DNA from: Chiloscyllium plagiosum
Taxonomy: Eukaryota
Reading direction: 5' to 3'
Length of the DNA stretch: 59,719 nucleotides
Assembly (NCBI RefSeq): GCF_004010195.1
Contig: NC_057718.1
Location: forward strand, 20,996,157 to 21,055,875
Positions 1 through 13,217 of this stretch are shown one piece after another (position 1 is the first letter of the stretch; every line of letters starts with the position of its first letter). The notes under the pieces were generated by a model. That model was not told the DNA's origin. It ran no database searches and saw nothing but the letters and a program-made list of their open reading frames with translations. The translations under genes were made by a program, and so were the position numbers.

Positions 1-256
1 CCATCCTCCTCTCTGACCTATCACCTCCATCCCCACCCCCATTCACCTATTGTACTCTTTGCTACCGTCTCCCCAGCCCCAGCCCCAGCCCCCCATTTAT
101 CTCTCCACCCTGGAGGCTTCCTGCCTCTATTCCTGATGAAGGACTTTTGCCCGAAAAGTCGATTTTCCTGCTCCTCTGATCTTGACTTGCTGTGCTTTTC
201 CAGCACCACTCTGATCTAAACTCTGGTTTCCAGCATCTGCAGTCCTCACTTTTGCC
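1..256 (+). mobile_element. Penelope-like element family A, 3' end, with degenerate hammerhead at ~128-165
   Basis: Homologous to the tail of the copy at 56140-56680, which carries GIY-YIG remnants. Ends CCAGCATCTGCAGTCCTCACTTTT. Confidence 0.8.
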
Positions 257-1404
257 AAGAGGTGGCAATTGCCCAGTAGTATTGTCACTGGACTAGTAAT
301 CCTGAAATCTGGGCAATGTTTGTGTACCCAGGTTCAAGACTAAAACGATGCTAGACGGTGGAATGTGAATTCAATAAAAATCTTGAATTAAAAGGCAAAT
401 GATGTTGATCTGGTTCACGAATGTCCCCCCTTTAGTGAAGGTAACTGCCATGTAATTCCAGACCATAGCAGCAATGGGCCAACATTTAACTGCCATCTGA
501 AATGGCAAGTCATTCAGACAGATTGTTATCAAACAATAGAAAAGAAAAAAACAAGTGAAATCGGAGGATCATTTGCCGTCGACGAAGGCACTGGAAGCAA
601 CAGCAAGCACAGTCCTGTCGACCTCTTGTCGGGGCTTGTGCCAAAATTGGGAGAGCTGCTTTACAGACTAGTTAAGTAATAGTTTTACATAGTCATACTC
701 ATGGATTGTATCTCACACACATTGTCCCAGACAACACCATCACCATTCCCCATTATGTCCTGTGTCACTGGCAGTACACACCAAGCAGAAATGGTGGCAT
801 AGTTGGGTGTAAGTTGTGTTAGGAGTCTTTACCATTGTTTGTGAACCCATGATGTTTCACAGGATCAGGTCAAACAAGGGCAAGGAAAGCACCCGCTGAT
901 TACCACCCACCTTCCTTTTCCCAGCCAAGTAACATTCTGTGGTGCATAACAGTCACTTCACACAAGTGCCAGGCAATTACTATTTGCAACAATACAGAAT
1001 CTAACCATTGACATTCAATGGTGTTACCATCTCTGAATCTCCTACTAACAACATTTTGGGAGTTACCATTGACCAGAAACAGACCTGTACTCACCGTATT
1101 AAGTAGTGTTACTATAAAAGCAGGTCAGAGGCTTGGAAATCCTCGAGCAAAAAACTCACCTCCTTACTCACCAAAGCCTGTCCATCATCCACAAGGCACA
1201 GGTCAGGAGTGTGATGAAATATTCCAAACTTATCTGGCTAAGTGTAGCTCTAACAATAGTCAAAAAGTTTGAACATAGAACAATATCGCACAGGAATGGG
1301 TCCTTTGGTCCATGATGTTGTGCCAAACTTGACACTAAGTTAAACTAATCCTCTCTGAATGCCCTTGGTCCATATCCCTCCAGGACTACCTGTCCTGCAC
1401 AAAG

Positions 1405-2200
1405 CCATGGAAAAGTGTGACGTCATGCATTTTGGTAGGAAGAATAGAGGCATGGATTATTTAGTAAACAGGGAGAAAATTTCTGAAATCTGAAGTGCAA
1501 AGAGACTTGGGTGTTCGCGTCCAGAATTCTCTCAAGGTAAACTTGCTGGTGGAGTCTGTAGTTAGGAAGGCAAATGCAATGATGGCATTTATTTTGAGAG
1601 GGCTTGAATATAAAATCAGGGATGCACTTCTAAGGGTCTATGAGGCTCTGGTCAGGCCACATTTGGAGTTTTGTGCACAATTTTGGGCCCCATATCTCAT
1701 GAAGCATGTACTGGCCCTGGACGGTATTCAGAGGAGGTTCATAAAAATGATTCTAGGAATTAAAAGCTTAACCTCAGAGGAACATTTGAGCACTCTAGGT
1801 CTATAATTGATGGGAGTTTAGAAAAATTAGGGGGGAATCTAACTGAAACTTACAGAATACTGAATGGCCTGAACAGAGTGGATGCTGGGAAAATGTTTCC
1901 ATTGGTAGGAGGGCATAGAACCCAAGGGCATAGCCTTAGAGTAAAGGGAAGACATTTTAGAACAGAGGTAAAGAGAAACCTCTTCAGCCAGAGAGAGGTA
2001 AATCTATGGAATTCACTGCCACAGAAGGTTGCGGAGGTCAGATGATTGAATATATTTAAAACTGAGATAGATAGGTTCTTGATTGTGAAGTGGATCAAGG
2101 GTTACAGGGAGAAGGTGGGGGAATGGCGATGAGAAACTTATCAGGAATAGTGATGGGCTGAATGGCCTAACTTCTGCTCCCATGTCTTATGGTCTTATGG
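1405..2200 (+). mobile_element. CR1 LINE 3' fragment
   Basis: ORF 1495-1806 contains RDLGV and LVRPHLEFCAQFWAP, typical of the CR1 ORF2 C-terminus. Tail ends TCTTATGGTCTTATGG. Confidence 0.88.
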
Positions 2201-2216
2201 ACTGTTCCTAAGTCTA

Positions 2217-2519
2217 TAGATTACTTAGTGTGGAAACAGGCCCTTCGGCCCAACAAGTCCACACCGACCCACCGAAGCGCAACCCACCCAGACCCATTAC
2301 CCTACATTTACCCCTTCACCTAACACTATGGGCAATTTAGCATGGCCAATTCACCTAACCTGCACATTTTTGGATTGTGGGAGGAAACTGGAGCACCCGG
2401 AGGAAACCCACGCAGACGCGGGGAGAATGTGCAAACTCCACACAGAGTGTCGCCTGAGGTGGGAATTGAACCCGGGTCTCTGGCACTGTGAAGCAGCAGT
2501 GCTATCCACTGTGCCACCC
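2217..2519 (-). mobile_element. HE1-type tRNA-derived V-SINE
   Basis: Reverse complement has the GTGGCACAGTGG A box, GGTTCAATTCC B box, V-domain GGGTTTCCTCCGGGTGCTCC and an AATCT tail. Confidence 0.9.
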
Positions 2520-3774
2520 ACAGTTATGCCATGCTTTACCAAATGTGCGTAAATCCTATCCCTAAGAATTCTCTCCAATAGCTTCCCAACCACCAATGCC
2601 ATTTGATGCCATTCAGGATAAAGCAGCCCAACATGATTGGCACCATAATCACAAGCATCCACTCCCCCCCATCACTGCAGCTCAGTAGCAGCAGTATGTA
2701 CCATCTACAACATGTATTGCAGAAGTTCATCAAAGCTCCTTGGGCAGTACCTTCCAAACCCAAAACTAATTCTGTTAGAAAGACAGGAGCAGCAGATACA
2801 TGGGAATACGAGCAAAGTCCTCTCCATCCTGACTTGGAAATAAAGGTCCTTTCAGTGGCACTGGGTCAGATCCAGGAACTCTATTCCTGACAACACTGTG
2901 GGTCTACCAACAGCACATGGACTGCAGCAGTTTGAATAGGTAATTTAGTACTAACGTTTCAAAGGCAACGAGGGGAGGAGCAAAAAACAATAACTCATCC
3001 AGCAATGTCTACATCCCATGACCACAATGAAAAAGTTGTTATGTGTTTAGTCCTACGTTGACACATCTGGTGATGCTCCTGCCATACTATCTTGCAATGA
3101 ACATCAACATACTGGGTGCTTGCTGTCCCAATTCTTCTCCATTAACAATGATCTGCACTCCTGATGGGCACTGAGATATCAAAAAACTTGAATTTTTCTA
3201 TATCGGTGAGTATTTTGTTGCTCCAGTTTGAAATAATGATTCTACCAGTACTTCTGGCTTTCAACAAAGTAGCTAGTTGTAAAGTAAACTGATAAACATC
3301 AGCCATTTATGATTTCATGTCCTGAAAGTGTAAAGGTTCACACACAATGAATTCCTTACAGGACAAAATGGATTTATATTCATGACTTTTCAAATGACCA
3401 TTTACAGTATTTGTCAAACTGTTAAAAGGAAAGGTAGGAATGACCAGAAAGCAAGACTGTCAAGACAGATTGCTGTATTGTATCTTCTTCCAAACAGAAA
3501 GAACCACACTGAAAAATTACAAGGATCTGCCTAGTCAGCCAAGAAATGGCAGAGTGCAAGGAAAACCTGAATTTTCAAAAGGAATAAAAACTGCCATGAA
3601 CTGACCGTCCTCAAAGGGTTGATTCATAACTTCTCAATTAACCTCAATTTCTGAAAGTGATTTTAAAATGACAGACTTTTAATATGAAGTGGGATGAAAC
3701 TGATGCTTCTTCAGAGGCTTTTTGGAGATTGTGGGTTAGGTGAGAATGAGGTAAAAGAACAAAACACAAATTAC

Positions 3775-3936
3775 CTGTGTGACTAAAAATTTGGTGACAC
3801 GCTCTGGCAGTCGACTTTTCTCACTGGATAAAATCATTTCCAGCATGTCTCCATGAAGTTTTTCCATGACGACGAAGACTCTTTCAGGAGTTTCAAACAT
3901 ACACTCAAGATTTACAATTCCAGGATGATGAAGGTT
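3775..3936 (-). CDS. PRKD3: PRKD3 internal exon, kinase subdomains IV-VIa ([54 protein letters not shown])
   Basis: 162 nt, phase 0-0, cttag acceptor and gtaa donor. HPGIV and EKSRLPER are PKD3-type rather than PKD1-type (HPGVV, EKGRLPEH) residues. Confidence 0.97.
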
Positions 3937-4070
3937 CTAAGAATGAACAAGATGTTTTCTTAATTTTAAAAATAATCAGTGTAAAGAGTTATTCATCAAA
4001 CAATTCATTCATCCAAATTAGATTTAATACAATTATGCTGCAACAGACATTAGCTTGACACCTTGGCACA

Positions 4071-4400
4071 GGCGGCACGGTGGCACAGTGGTTAGCACTG
4101 CTGCCTCACAGCGCCAGAGACCCGGGTTCAATTCCCGCCTCAGGCGACTGACTGTGTGGAGTTTGCACATTCTCCCCGTGGCTGCCCGGGTTTCCTCCGG
4201 GTGCTCCGGTTTCCTCCCACAGTCACAAAGATGTGCGGGTTAGGTGAATTGGCCATGCTAAATTGCCCGTAGTGTTAGGTTAAAAGGGGTAAATGTAGGG
4301 GTATGGGTGGTTTGCGCTTCGGCGGGTCGGTGTGGACTTGTTGGGCCGAAGAGCCTGTTTCCACACTGTAAAGTAATCTAATCTAAAGTAATCTAATCTA
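4071..4400 (+). mobile_element. HE1-type V-SINE, full length
   Basis: GGCGGCACGGTGGCACAGTGG head, GGTTCAATTCC B box, V-domain and (TAATC)n tail. Confidence 0.92.
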
Positions 4401-4608
4401 AAAAACCTTTGATGGCAATTGAAGAGGTCAGCATGGAATTACACTGTTTGTTCACACTGCTTTATTTAGGTCAAATATAACACTTCATGTGTGCTTGCAT
4501 TGGGTACACATGAGCAATGGTGCACGACAGCCAGATCTAAAAGCATGGTGTAATGTTCTGTCCTGCTGATCTAATCGTCTCACCTCCCTCGTGGAACAAT
4601 ATCCCAGC

Positions 4609-4920
4609 ATGACTCAGCATGGTTACAACAAGGAGGCAGAAAACTGGGGGAGGGAGGGAGAAGATAAGGCCTGTAGGTGTAGCGCACTGTCATAAGTGTG
4701 TTTGCCGACTAAGACATCTTACCACAGCAAGTAAGACGTGGGTTTGTGGCCACAACTAGTAATCTGGTCTCAGCTAGAAATGTGTTTTCCGACGGGGGCA
4801 GGATTGTGGGAGGTGAATGTTGGGCAGGAGGGGCGGTGATGGCAGGGATGGTGGGGAGGAGATGCACGTCATATAAACCTAGAACCAGTTCAACTGCTAG
4901 CTTATCTTGCACTGAGATAA
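4609..4920. promoter_or_regulatory. Candidate intronic cis-regulatory module (NF-E2/ARE, 3x GATA, RUNX-like, GC box)
   Basis: ATGACTCAGCA 4609-4619; AGATAAG 4662-4668; ACCACA 4721-4726; GGGCGG 4831-4836; CACGTCA/TATAAA 4865-4877; TTATCT 4902-4907; AGATAA 4915-4920. Motif evidence only. Confidence 0.3.
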
Positions 4921-5339
4921 CTCAGAGAAAGACTTATAAAATTGAACAGTATAATCATTAAAACCTCAGTATAGACTTTCATTTTTCACGTCTATTCACT
5001 ACATAGATTACTATACCAAATAGCAGTTCACTTGTAAAATGGTTATGCTTTCATGCACTCCATTTAAAATATGAGAAACAAAATCCATTGTAACAACATT
5101 GACTTTAGTGAAGGCTATCAAATTTGAAACCTTACAAAACCAAATGTGTTGCATTTTTCCAAATGTAACTTGTAAATAAAATGAAAAATATTTCCAGCTC
5201 ATCCAATTAATGTTCTTCAGTGCTGGTGATCCAAAACATTTTCACACCCAGTTCAGGTATAGCTGAGTTGGACAAACAGCATAGCTCTCTTGTGCTGTCT
5301 CCAACATGCACTTTAGTCCAAACCTCAGAACCAAAAAAA

Positions 5340-5712
5340 AAATTATTTACATTCATATTTAGTCATATCCTTAGGACATCCTAGAGGGCTTCACAATCTG
5401 TGGCTTACATTGTGAAGTGTAGTCATTCTGTTGTTAAAATGCAGAGAAATGCTGCTGCCAATTTTGTATCCAAGTTCGCACAAGTAACAATGAGATAAAC
5501 AATCTTTGTTTTGGTTGAATAGTGTTGGATGACGGGAAAATGTTTAACTTGAATCGAGACAGAAGAACAGACAGCACCTTGGTTTCATTATACCTGGAAA
5601 ATCACACCTCCTGCACAAAAATACACTGACATTTCAACTTAGATTATACAGTCAAGTTCTGCAGTAGGACTTGAACTTCTGACCTCTGACAAAAGTGCTA
5701 CCAAGTGAATCA
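5340..5712 (-). mobile_element. Old SacSINE1-like (Deu-domain) SINE
   Basis: Head at ~5630-5712 is the reverse complement of the head at 40222; followed by degenerate Deu-like body. Confidence 0.5.
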
Positions 5713-5756
5713 AACATCCTTTACTTCAACACTGATGTCTCCGTATCCCAGAAGTT

Positions 5757-6876
5757 GTCTATACAGACTTCAGCAAAGCATTCAACAAGGTTGCACACGG
5801 TAGACTGGTTCGTAAGGTGAGATCACACGTTGCAGAGCTAGCCAATTGGATACAAAATTGACTTGAAGGTAGGAGACAGAGTGTGATGGTGGAGGATTTT
5901 TTTTTGGATTGGAGGCCTGTGACCAATGGTATGTCACAAGAATCAGTGCTGGGTCCACTGCATTTTGTCATTTACATAAATTATTTGAATGTGAATATTG
6001 GAGCTATGTTTAGTAAGTTTGCCGATGACACCAAAGGTGGTGGTGTACTGGACAGTGAAGATGATTATTTCAGAGTATAATAGGACCTTGATCAGATAGG
6101 CCAATGGGCCGAGGAGTGACAGATGGAGTTTAATTTAGATCAACACAAGATGTTGCATTTTGGTGAAGCAAACTAAAGCAGGACTTATACATTTAATAAT
6201 AGGGCCCCGGGGAGTGTTGCCAAACAAAGAGACTAGGGGTGCAGGTGCATAGCTCCTTGAAAACAGAAGACAGGATGGTGAAAGCAACATTTGGCACGCT
6301 TACTGAGTATATGAGTTTGGATGTCATGTTGCAGCTGTACAGGACATTTTTGAGAGTCGTTTTTGGAATACTGGTCACTCTTCTGTCAGAAGGATGTTGT
6401 TAAATTTGCAAGTGTGCAGAAGAGATGCAAAAGGACATTGCCAGAACTGAAGCATTTGAGCTATAGGGAGAGGCTGAATAGGCTGGGCCTTTTTTCCCCT
6501 GGATCATCAGAGACTGAGGGGTGACTTTACCCCTCCGTGAGGGATGTACGGATGGTGTGAATAGCCAAGGTCTTTTCCCTAGGGTGCAGGAATCTAAAAC
6601 TAGAGGACATAGGATTAAAGTGAGAGGAGATAGATTTTAAAAAGACTTGAGGGATAATTTTTTTAATGCAGAGGGTAGTGTGTATGTAGATTCAGCTGCC
6701 AGGGGAAGTGGTGAAGGTGGATATAATTGCAACATTTAAGAGGCATCTGGTATATGAACAGGAAGGGTTCTGAGGCATATGGGCCGAATGCTGACAAACG
6801 GGACTAGATCAGATTGAAATGTCTGGTTGGCATGATGAGTTGGACCAAAGAATCTGTTCTGTGCTGGATGACTCTA
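5757..6876 (+). mobile_element. CR1 LINE 3' ~1.1 kb, decayed
   Basis: DFSKAF, SVLGPLHFVIYIN and SKFADDTK RT motifs with internal stops; CR1 tail. Confidence 0.88.
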
Positions 6877-7219
6877 GGTATATCTTTTGATTGAAACAGA
6901 CAATTTTATATCTATTATCATAATGTATATATAAAACCCAATGATGTAATGTATTACACTGTGTACTTTTGCCTGCTAGGAAATTAAGTGTGCCCAAACG
7001 GTTTTCAATTATGGCCGCTAAGAAAACAGATAATTTGCATTCCATTGATCTGAGTAAGGTTGCAAAGTCAGTGTTGTGAACTATTGAACTATCCAGGCAA
7101 AGGTGAGTTAAAAATAAAAATGGGTCTCAGCAAATGCTAAACTTCTTTGAAACTACTAAACCACTGAAACATTTCACAAAGCAGACATTTATCATTTATC
7201 ACTGAATTTATCTCATTCA

Positions 7220-7441
<222 letters not shown>

Positions 7442-9870
7442 TTATGGAAGCCATAAAAAGGTGTTTTCAGGATCATTAATTTCCCATATTGTCATTGCAA
7501 GGGATTGGAGAACTTGTTACATATGGAATGTCAGCTGGAACCCTATTTTCATTTCTCCACAACATGTGCTAAAGAACAAACATTCTATGACATTGCCTTG
7601 TTTTCATAAAATTACATAATACAGCTAATAAAGTTAAAAAAAATTAAGGGGAGGAACATTCACACAAAATTTATCATTGTAAATCATACTTGTAATATTC
7701 AACTTTTCCCAAGGTCTTTGAACTTAGATTTGATGACCAAGGAAAATGCATTCATAACATGGACAAACAATGGACTATTAACCTGAAAATCATTTCAACA
7801 ATTGGCGATGGTAGGTGGTAAAAGCAAGAAAGATTCCTGGTCAACTATGCTATGCAAAGAATTTTGAAAATTCTACCATCACCATCCATAGCCCAAGTCT
7901 ACAACATGCAAGTAAAAGTACACGTTACCACAGAAACTTGGATTCAAGTGAACTGCAACACACCACTACCACCCAACAACTTGAATTACATTCTTCATAA
8001 ATCCATCAATTTATGACTGACTGAATTAACTTTGCAGTACCTTGTATTATTAAAAGACTGGGTTTTAATAATTTTAGAGCAAGAATTTGAATCTTATCAT
8101 TGCCTTGTCTAAAACTGCTCATAAATATAGGTTTAAACTCTAACTCGGTGTACCCAATAGACATACAATTACAAACTGGAATTGGGTATTCTGTCATATT
8201 TCTGTTTTATTTGTATAACAACCTCCAATTTTGTATGATAGCCAAACTCTTTCTGAAGTTGATCTGTTATAATTACACATAGTTGTATTAGATATGTACA
8301 CATCACTTGAGTTACTCTCATTTTTACTTCTTGTTCCTCTCTGTGGTGAGCTACTTGTCTTCTGTTTGCAATCCCTGAAAGCTTGTCAACAGGTATCAGC
8401 ATGTGCAGAAGCGCTGACATTAATTAGCCAAATCACTGTCACGTCCAGCTCAGGGATGCTCTATTCTGATTTTCAAATTAAAAACAGAGGATAAAGGCTG
8501 GAAAAAATGGCCACCCTGAGGGCTGCTTGAATGCTTTTGTGGATTGGAACTACCTCCTGTCTCAAGAGGGAAGAAAATAACATTTTCAGACTATTGGAAA
8601 TCAATGCCTTTTCCTGCAACCAATCAAAAAGATGTTACCCGATTAAATAGGTCACAGACACAGATTGTCTCAAATCCTCAGAGATGTCAAACCACAATAC
8701 AAACAGTAGAATAAATCTGAAAACCACCACTTTATTTGGAAAAGACTTTGAGCTAGCGGAAAGTCAAATGGTGACACCATGTTTTCTTCATCTCCTTAAA
8801 AGATCAACAATAAACTGCAGTTATTTCTACAAAAAGCTATCAAACCATAAGTTTAGCCAATCTGAAAACCAGATTTAGAAAAAGCAATGTTATATTAACT
8901 GCCAGCGAAGGTAACTTTTTCCAGTTTAAAGTTCACATGAAAGCCAAACTCCTAGCTAGTTGACTACAAGAAACTTCACAACCTGCTGTGAATCATTCAC
9001 TTTACAGACCTGCCAAATGGGAGACTGGGAGATCATAAATCAGAATAAGATTTTATATACAACTGCTTGTGCAACCCCATGTTAGAGAAAAATTACCATT
9101 TAGAAACAGCGCTTAAAGTGTTGGCGCTACAATCGTGTTACAGCCAACATGTTTAAAACCTTCATGCTGTAGAAATAGCATCTCCAATTCATTAATTGTG
9201 CTACAGTGAATTCACGTTGACAAAACATACATTATAACAGAACAACCTATCGTACATTCACATCACCTGTATATGGCTTTTGTGTACGTGTGAATGTATG
9301 TGAGATGAAGTGTGTAAGACATGTTTAATTTGGGATAAGAGTGCAAGGATAAATAAACTCATGTTTAAACTCTCAAAAAGTTTGCTAATTAATGACTGCA
9401 CTGGGACACACACAGAGAAGTAAGAAAAGGTACACCTTTGTCCAAAACAATGACCCAGTGCAGTAAGAGAACATACAAATTCTATCTGTGATACCACTAA
9501 AAACTCTGATACAGATATCAAAATAATTCCTCAATGCATGTAGGCTTGTCAGATCTGGGAGCTATTTCCATTCCAAACACAGAATGTCTGCCATAGTGAT
9601 CTCGTGGACTTGGTCCTTGTTCAACTCTTACAAATAAATAAGAACAGTATGTAATAGTTTCAGTTTCATGGATAAAAACAGAAGCAGGAAAGTAGTAAAC
9701 AAAACCATTGTAGTTAAGGTTTAACTTGGGCTGCTCTTGCATTCATAAGCTGACATGGCAACAGTTGAAAATGCATACATTACTCCTGTACTTGGGCAAA
9801 TCATTGTTGAATTGACTGTTTTAAACAAATGCTTTTGTAAACAAGACAAAAATATTGACTGCTTAGATCA

Positions 9871-10098
<228 letters not shown>

Positions 10099-11079
10099 TC
10101 AAATGCATCAGTCTCAGGGGATAGAAATGCTATAAATTCAAAGATCTACAGCAATAATTTTATCATAGTTGGGATGAAGTCCATGTAGCTTCTTGTGATT
10201 ACTAAATGGGAAGCTGTAGTCAAGAGCATGGATCTTATAATATTCAAACTGGGACTTTATAGGGATCACTATGTTGAAAATGTGTGCTGGAAAGTCAGTT
10301 TGGATCAGAAAAAACAAATATGTTGACTCCAAATTACTCATCAGTAGTGATCAAGTTATGGTTAAGCATTAGGAAACCGGTGCCTTACCTCTGTGCTTTA
10401 CACACAGCCTCATTTAAAAACAAGTCAAATACTATTAGAATCATACTTTTGGAACCCAAGTTCACTTTATAATATAGATCCTTTCACATAAGACTCTTGC
10501 TTTAATCCCTTTTCGATAAATAGTAATTGTTTTATTTACAGGGTAAGTGTTTGGCTGCTGCAACAAAGCACTTCCAACTGAGCCAAGCTGCTACACTGGA
10601 TAAAATAAATGGAAATTGAACTGAACAGATAGTATCAGATCAAATACAAGGAAATGTACTGAACTGTAATGTAAATGTACATTGTATGGCACAATGCAAG
10701 CAAACATAGATGTCACATACAAGTCATGAACTACTTTATAGTGAAGCATACTCAATATGGTGAGTACACTCTCCATACCAGAAATTTCCTTGAAAGTAGC
10801 TCCAAAGGCAAAAAGCAAAATTAATGGGTCTTTACTGAAATATATGTAGCTTTCAGAACAAAATTGATGAATTATTGGCACAAATAAAGGTTAATGGGTT
10901 TGAGTTTAAAAGCCATTACACAGACATGGTTACAGGAGATCAGAGCTAGGAACTAAGTACTCAGTGTTATGTGACTGCTCAAAAAGACAGGTAGGAAAGG
11001 AAAGGCAGTGAAGTAGCTTTGTTAGTACAAGATGGATAAATACAGTAGTAGGAAATGATCTTGGATCAAATTATGTAGA

Positions 11080-11829
11080 GGAAAAAGTGAGGACTGCAGA
11101 TGCTGGAGATCAGAGCTGAAAGATATGTTGCTGAAAAAGCGCAGCAGGTCAGGCAGCATCCAAGGAGCAGGAGAATCGACTTTTTGGGCATAAGCCCTTC
11201 TTCAGGAATGAGGAAGGTGTGCCAAGCAGGCTAAGATAAAAGGTAGGGAGGAGGGACTTGGGGGAGGGGCGTTGGGAATGCGATAGGTGGAAGGAGGTTA
11301 AGGTGAGGGTGATAGGCCGGAGAGGTCGGGAAGATGATTGCAGGTCAAGAAGGCGGTGCTGAGTCCGAGGGTTGGGACTGAGAAAAGGTGGGGGGAATGA
11401 GGAAGCTGGAGAAATCTGCATTCATCCCTTGTGGTTGGAGGGTTCCTAGGCGGAAGATGAGGCGCTCTTCCTCCAGGCGTCATGTTGCCATGGTCTGGNN
11501 NNNNNNNNNNNNNNNNNNNNNNNNNNNNNNNNNNNNNNNNNNNNNNNNNNNNNNNNNNNNNNNNNNNNNNNNNNNNNNNNNNNNNNNNNNNNNNNNNNNN
11601 NNNNNNNNNNNNNNNNNNNNNNNNNNNNNNNNNNNNNNNNNNNNNNNNNNNNNNNNNNNNNNNNNNNNNNNNTGATAGGGGAGGGGAGGGAAATATATCC
11701 TTGGTGGTGGGGTCTGTTTGGAGGTGGCGGAAATGACGAAGGATGATACGATGTATCTGGAGGTTGGTGGGGTGGTAGGTGAGGACCAGTGGGGTTCTGT
11801 CCTGGTGGTGATTGGAGGGGCGGGTTCAA
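11080..11829 (-). mobile_element. Penelope-like element family A, 5'-truncated, inserted in CR1
   Basis: Minus strand encodes RRLEEERLIFRLGTLQPQGMN (GIY-YIG C-terminus). Flanked by GTAGA at 11075-11079 and 11830-11834. Degenerate hammerhead at 11173-11210. Confidence 0.85.
11499..11672. other. Assembly gap (174 N)
   Basis: Run of N inside the PLE copy. Confidence 0.99.
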
Positions 11830-13122
11830 GTAGAAACCATATGAGTGGAAGTATGAAATAACAAGATGTTGACAACTCTGATTAGAGTAATCAATAGGCC
11901 CCTAACAGTAGCTGTTGTGTAGGACACAAAATACATCAGGAGATGATAATAGCATGTTAAAAAAGTACACCAATCAGGGGTGATTTTAATCTTCAAGTAG
12001 ATTGGAAAACTCAAATTGGCAAAAGTAGCCGTGAGGACGAATGGGTACAGTATAATCGGGAAATATGTTGTGGACACAACCAGGGATCAGGCTTTTTTGG
12101 ATCTGGAAATGCTTAATGAGGCAGGAATAAAAAAGATATCAGAGTAAGAGATTCCAGGGAAACAGTGACCATAACATGGCAGAATTTATCATTCAGTTTA
12201 AAAGTGAGACACTTGGGTCAGAAGCAACTGTGCTAAACTTTAATAAGGGCAATTATGTAGGCATAAGGGAAGAGTTGGCTGGAGTGGACTGGGAAAGGAG
12301 TTCAATAAAAATGATGTTTGCAAAATAATGACAGATATCGAAGAAAATAGATTTTGACTCAAAGCAAAGATATATCCTAGTGGCAAAGGAGGATTCTAGG
12401 AAGGGAATAAACCAAACAAGGTATCAAAGTGGAAGAAAGAAAACCTAAAATGTGGCAAAGATAAGTAGCGAACCAGAAGACTAGGAACATCGTAAAAGCT
12501 AATGAAAAATGATCAAAAGACAATTAAGAGAGGAAAAGCAAACTATGAAGACAAACTAGCAATTAGTATAAAACAGACAGTAAGAGATCCTTTAAAAATA
12601 TGAGAAGGGAGAGAGAGGCCAAGGTGAACATAGGTACCTTAGAGAGTGAGACTGGGAAAATAATAATGGGGAAACAGGAAATGGAAGAGGCGTTAAACAG
12701 ATCGTTTTCATCAGACAACATGGTAGAGAATATTACTAGCATTCCAAAAATACAAAATAATCAAGGGCTGAGGTGAGGGTGGGGAGGAAGTAAATATAAA
12801 CTATTAGGGAGAAAGTACTAGTGAAACTAACAGGACTGAAGGCTGTTAAGTCCCCTGGAATTAATGGATTTCATCCTAGGATTTTAAAAGAAGCAGCTAC
12901 AGAGATAGTGGATGCACTGGTTATAATCTTCCAAGAATCTAGAGATTCAAGGAAAGTCCAAGAGGATTAGAAACTAGCCAATATAACACTATTATTCAAA
13001 AAGAGAGGGAGACAAAAACAGGTAACAATAGACTAGTTAGCTTGACATCTGCTATTGGAAAATGCTGGAACCTATTATAAAAGATTTAAGAGGACAGTAT
13101 TTAGAAATACTTAATAAAATCA

Positions 13123-13217
13123 TGATGTGAAGGTGCCAGTGTTGAACTGGGGTGGACAAAGTTAAAAATAAAATCACACAACACCAGATTATAGTCCAAC
13201 AGGTTTTAATTTGAAAG
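13123..13217 (-). mobile_element. 95-bp PLE-type tail insertion (family C) with 11-bp target duplication
   Basis: TAATAAAATCA at 13112-13122 and 13218-13228. Insert is homologous to 28127-28215. Confidence 0.7.

Larger units (their letters stand above)
260..3034 (+). mobile_element. L2/CR1-like LINE (family B) relic with tRNA-like 5' head and APE start; internally deleted and interrupted at ~1273-2601
   Basis: From ~632 reads GLVPKLGEL...IVIL / TITIPHYVL...SRNGG (degenerate APE N-terminus). Segments 930-1272 and 2602-3034 match the family-B 3' region at 15300-16033. TTTGA occurs on both sides of the interruption. Confidence 0.7.

Noticed and set aside
128..165. Functional hammerheads at 128-165 and 11173-11210
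   Set aside because: Both are mutated (stem II mismatch plus GAAAAGUC in the first; GAAA changed to AAAA in the second), so they are treated as dead remnants.
4071..4140. tRNA genes at the A/B-box sequences (also 40222, 58831, 54700-54794)
   Set aside because: Each continues into a SINE body without a complete cloverleaf or T-run terminator; they are SINE heads.
11388..11875. ORFs containing X runs
   Set aside because: Artefacts of translating through the 174-N gap inside a PLE.
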